A DNA stretch of 64,000 nt from Spirochaetia bacterium (GTDB lineage Bacteria; Spirochaetota; Spirochaetia; DSM-2461), in NCBI GenBank assembly GCA_963668315.1, contig OY764216.1, positions 4,480,001-4,544,000 of the forward strand. Direction: 5' to 3'. Shown one piece after another: positions 60,256 through 64,000 of the stretch. The notes under the pieces are model-generated. The model searched no databases. It was not told the origin of the DNA and saw only the letters and a list, made by a program, of their open reading frames with translations. The number at the start of each line of letters is the position of its first letter. Position 1 is the stretch's first letter. The position numbers were made by a program, and so were the translations under genes.

Positions 60256-60280
60256 ACCACCTCCATAGGAGGTGGTTTTC
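60256..60280. terminator. hairpin
   Basis: ACCACCTCC-ATA-GGAGGTGGT followed by TTTC. Confidence 0.5.
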
Positions 60281-60377
60281 TATATTGCACTAGATATGTG
60301 TTGCTACAGATCTAATATTTCAGAGTCTTTTTTTTGTGTAGTTTTAAGTGTTTTACCACTTAGACTCTGGAATCTGA

Positions 60378-62342
60378 CTATGGACCTAACAATAAAGCAG
60401 GCATAGAACTCCATCCCTGCAACATTCCTCCGTGAGGATATGCGGGGGAATAATATTCCACAGGAGTAAGCCAACCCTGTTCCATGCTGTATTCCCACCA
60501 TTTTCTAGCGACATACATCCAGTCCTTATCTCCTTCCCGCTTTAGGATTTCTGCATAAACTCCATCCCAATAAGGCCAATCACCACCATTATGATAATGA
60601 TAATCCTGAGCTGATTTATCAAAGAGATCCTTTCCAAATTTATAAAAAGGATAGGCGCACAGTATACCCCAATCGCCATATTTCTGTTCTTTATTATTTC
60701 TCGTCTGCAGCAACTTAGCCGCAGCTTCAAGAAATCTTTTAGTTCTCTCAGGTGTAGTCAGATTATATCTGAGTACAACAAGAGAATCGGCAGATAAATT
60801 ATCTTCTTGTGAACCGGGACGTTTATAGTTAACAAAATAACCTTTCTCATCATCCCATAATTCTCGATTTAAAGCATTTTTAGCTTTTTCTGCCAGCTGC
60901 CCATAATTTATACTACCAAGATTACCAAGATGAGAACTAATCCGGTCCATAGCATAAAGCGATGCAGAATAGAGCGCCTGATCATAGGTGACCCATACAT
61001 TTCTTTTTACATTATCAGCCCAGTCATTAGCTCTATAAGGTTTTTCTATTAATCCATCTCCATCCCTATCCAATGAAACCATAAAGGCCGAAGTTAGGCG
61101 AAGCAACTCTCTAATCTCATAGTTACGACTTTTATCTTCCCATAAGGTTATCTTCTCATCCAGAACAGACCAATCTTCTGTGGCATTCAGATAATCGGTA
61201 ACAAGAAGAATGAAAAAGGAGGGCGAATCGTGATGATCAGGAAGCCAATCGAGAGACGTTATAGCTGGATTTTCCTGAAGAATATGGGGAGAAAAAACAC
61301 CACTAGGACAAGAACCATCAGGATGAATTCCCCTGGCAAGGGAAAGAAGATGACTGCGGATAATCTCAGGAGAAGATTTTAACAAGATCTGAGCCGTCCA
61401 GTAACCATCCCGAAAATACAGACGAGGGGGGTAAGCATAATCAGTACCTGCTAATAACCCAGAAAATTTATCAGGAAACTCTTTATACATAGCAACGGAG
61501 ACATTAAGACCGGAGCAATAGAGAGTACGGAGAAAATCATCATCTGTAGGTCCCGAATAATTATGGTTAAGCCACTTTGAATAGCTTTGTACTTCTTCAT
61601 ATGCTTTATCGGTATTCTCAAGACTTTGCAGTAAATCACTTTCTTCACCGGCACATACAGCCCAGGTAAATTTTTGCATTCCCTTCACGGGAACTTTGAA
61701 ATTGTAATGAAGTGAACCTCTGTTATTTTTCTTCTCAGTACGATCGACCTTTTCTCTTGAGCCCCAAAGGAATTTCTTATCCCCACATGTCTCAAGATAA
61801 TTACCGTTGAGTATTCTAATCTTTGTGGCAGAATGAGGTATTATTCTTTTTGACCCCTTCTTCGCCCACCAGGACATTGCGATTTTAAAGCGGGATAGAA
61901 CACGTCCCAATCGGTCATGGAATATTTCTTCTGCCGTTCTTTGGGATGGAATAACATCTAAGCAAATCTTAATATCTGCTTCTTCCCCCGTATTATTTTT
62001 TACGTGGATATCCTGATAAAAAGCATCTGAAAAATCAGAAAGGTAGGAAGTGAGGACAATTTCAATCTCCTTCGTATTCGAATACCCTGTAAGTTGCCAA
62101 AAACGTCCTATGGCTTTTGCTAGAGAAAAATTGACAGCCTCCCCGTTAATAAGAATCTGCAAAGAACTTTCTCCAGCGTCATAACCATCAGTCAAAAAGA
62201 AGCGCCCCAATCTTCCATTTCCATATACTGTGCAAAAAGTATGTTTATTTCCCATATCATATCTTGTATTCTCATTGGGGTTGATGATTTCAAGAAAACC
62301 GTCTTTTCCTGACTGAACTTTTAAAGTAGATTTATCAGACAT
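60378..62342 (-). CDS. six-hairpin glycoside hydrolase (amylo-alpha-1,6-glucosidase/GH116-like)
   Basis: YFRDGYW, D.DGDGL, DWAD, YHNGGDWPY and QGWS. Confidence 0.7.
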   Translation of the reverse strand: MSDKSTLKVQSGKDGFLEIINPNENTRYDMGNKHTFCTVYGNGRLGRFFLTDGYDAGESSLQILINGEAVNFSLAKAIGRFWQLTGYSNTKEIEIVLTSYLSDFSDAFYQDIHVKNNTGEEADIKICLDVIPSQRTAEEIFHDRLGRVLSRFKIAMSWWAKKGSKRIIPHSATKIRILNGNYLETCGDKKFLWGSREKVDRTEKKNNRGSLHYNFKVPVKGMQKFTWAVCAGEESDLLQSLENTDKAYEEVQSYSKWLNHNYSGPTDDDFLRTLYCSGLNVSVAMYKEFPDKFSGLLAGTDYAYPPRLYFRDGYWTAQILLKSSPEIIRSHLLSLARGIHPDGSCPSGVFSPHILQENPAITSLDWLPDHHDSPSFFILLVTDYLNATEDWSVLDEKITLWEDKSRNYEIRELLRLTSAFMVSLDRDGDGLIEKPYRANDWADNVKRNVWVTYDQALYSASLYAMDRISSHLGNLGSINYGQLAEKAKNALNRELWDDEKGYFVNYKRPGSQEDNLSADSLVVLRYNLTTPERTKRFLEAAAKLLQTRNNKEQKYGDWGILCAYPFYKFGKDLFDKSAQDYHYHNGGDWPYWDGVYAEILKREGDKDWMYVARKWWEYSMEQGWLTPVEYYSPAYPHGGMLQGWSSMPALLLGP

Positions 62343-62353
62343 ATTTTTTACAA

Positions 62354-63250
62354 TTAACCCTTTACTGCACCTGCAGTTAAACCATTCATTAAATTCTTTT
62401 GAAAAATCAGAGCGATTATCAGTGGTGGCAAAGTTGCCAGAACCCCTGCAGCACTCATCAAGCCATAATCAGTATAATGCCTTCCTACGAACATCGCGAT
62501 TGAAACAGTAACAGTTCTTGTTGTATCGCTGGAAGTAAAAATCAATGGTATCAAAAAAGCGTTCCAGCTTTGCATAAACGTATATGCCCCAGCCGCAAAT
62601 AGACCTGGGAGGGATAAAGGTAGAATTATCCTGAACAAAACATAACTTCGGGAAGCTCCATCAACAAATGCAGCTTCCTCAATTTCCTGCGGTAATCCCA
62701 AAAAGAATCCTCTTAGCATCCATATAGCGAATGGTAAATGGATCGAGGTCAATAGTATAACAATCGTTATCAACCTATCATTAAGCCCCAACCTTGAAAG
62801 GAGAATATAAAGAGGAATTATAAGTACAATGACAGGAAGCATCTGTACGATCAGGAAGATATATACAAGATTCTTCCCAAAACCGGAATTTATCCTCGCA
62901 GCGGCATAACCGGAAAGAGAGCCTAACAACAAACATAAAAATGTAACTCCAACTGAGACAATCAAGCTGTTTAACAAGGAATACCTGAAAGCTTTGAGGG
63001 TATAATCAGTTAGACTTGATGCTTGCTGCCCACTTCCAAACAGTAAATTTTTATAATGGGACAAGTCTATCATCCTAGGGATAAAATGAGGAGGTCTGAG
63101 GAGTAATTCCTTTGGTGCCGAAATACTGCTTATTACAAGCCATAACACAGGACCTAAAACAAATATTAATACAATCATGACTGAAAGAAACTGAAGTATT
63201 CCTTTACTGACCGTTTTAATACTTAAGTCTTTTAAATTAAAATCTTTCAT
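62354..63250 (-). CDS. carbohydrate ABC permease (MalG-like)
   Basis: EEAAFVDGAS; ends GLTAGAVKG. Confidence 0.92.
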   Translation of the reverse strand: MKDFNLKDLSIKTVSKGILQFLSVMIVLIFVLGPVLWLVISSISAPKELLLRPPHFIPRMIDLSHYKNLLFGSGQQASSLTDYTLKAFRYSLLNSLIVSVGVTFLCLLLGSLSGYAAARINSGFGKNLVYIFLIVQMLPVIVLIIPLYILLSRLGLNDRLITIVILLTSIHLPFAIWMLRGFFLGLPQEIEEAAFVDGASRSYVLFRIILPLSLPGLFAAGAYTFMQSWNAFLIPLIFTSSDTTRTVTVSIAMFVGRHYTDYGLMSAAGVLATLPPLIIALIFQKNLMNGLTAGAVKG

Positions 63251-64000
63251 CAATTATTCTCACTGTTTTTTGTTAAGCGGACATAGAACAAGGCTAGAAC
63301 ACCCGTAGCAATAGCAATTAGCCATCCAATTGCCGATGCAAAACCATAGTTAAGGGAAGTGAATGCCGATTCGAATAGATAGTATCCCGTTACCTGAGTA
63401 GAATTGGCCGGTCCCCCACCCGTTAGAATATAAACAAGATCAAACAAGGCAAAAGCATCAATTGTTTTTAATATGAGACTAATAAGAGTAATCGGCATTA
63501 GAAGAGGAAATGTAATTTTCCTGAAAACGGCAAATCGATTAGCACCATCAACTTGAGCAGATTCGTATAACTCCTTTGGAATTCCCTGCAATCCAGCAAG
63601 ATATAAAAGAGTCAGCATAGGTACAGTAGCCCATAAATTAGCCAGAGCAACAAGGAATAATGCCCTCCCCGGTTCGAGAAGCCATGGGACATATTCCTTT
63701 ATGATCCCTAATTTGAATAACAATCCATTTAAAGCACCATAATGTGGATCGTATATACGAGACCAAAGAAGTCCTTGTACTGAGCCAGGAATAACCCATG
63801 GTAGGATTAGTATTCCCCGAATAAAGCCCCTGCAAGGAAATTCCTTATTCAGAACTAATGCAAACATAATAGAAATAGGAATTCCCAAACCTATTCCGAC
63901 AAAAGCCAGATACAAAGTTCGCCCAGTCGCTGCGAGAAATTCTCGGTTTGTCACAGCATCAAAGTAATTTCCTAAACCGACAAACTCTTTCCCAAGCCAA
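63250..64000 (-). CDS. carbohydrate ABC permease (MalF-like), 5' partial
   Basis: YESAQVDGA and LTGGGP; frame continues to the window edge (FVGLGNY). Confidence 0.9.
   Translation of the reverse strand, partial: WLGKEFVGLGNYFDAVTNREFLAATGRTLYLAFVGIGLGIPISIMFALVLNKEFPCRGFIRGILILPWVIPGSVQGLLWSRIYDPHYGALNGLLFKLGIIKEYVPWLLEPGRALFLVALANLWATVPMLTLLYLAGLQGIPKELYESAQVDGANRFAVFRKITFPLLMPITLISLILKTIDAFALFDLVYILTGGGPANSTQVTGYYLFESAFTSLNYGFASAIGWLIAIATGVLALFYVRLTKNSENN

Noticed and set aside
60250..60285. IS200/IS605 end remnant
   Set aside because: A single hairpin with no tnpA/tnpB sequence nearby; a terminator explains it equally well.

Overview
64 kb of bacterial DNA, probably a free-living spirochaete judging by gene content (inference). 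Almost all of it is accessory. A ~41 kb integrative element (2963-44024) is bounded by a 23-bp direct repeat equal to the 3' end of a CAT-anticodon tRNA on the minus strand. Its core holds a tyrosine integrase, two RteC-like/HTH proteins, Bet/RecT, Gam-like, SSB, ParB-like, an AEP-type primase/Rep, RadC, two PGN_0703-type nucleases, an SBD-HNH nuclease and TA genes. I recognised no capsid, tail or T4SS genes. It also carries a helically phased GAGTA repeat array. Cargo includes three nested ISs, a TGT..ACA three-gene transposon, a GGDEF gene, an orphan PTS enzyme I and a GT4/GH130/GH100-like/GT4/PIG-L operon. Each att junction has its own hairpin and 12-bp-period repeats, which suggests a tandem stack of different islands at one tRNA. 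To the right, sugar-utilisation cassettes and an AEP-TOTE helicase are punctuated by repeated AbiE loci, most of which keep the antitoxin but have lost or truncated the toxin. All family assignments come from motif recognition by eye, not from database searches.
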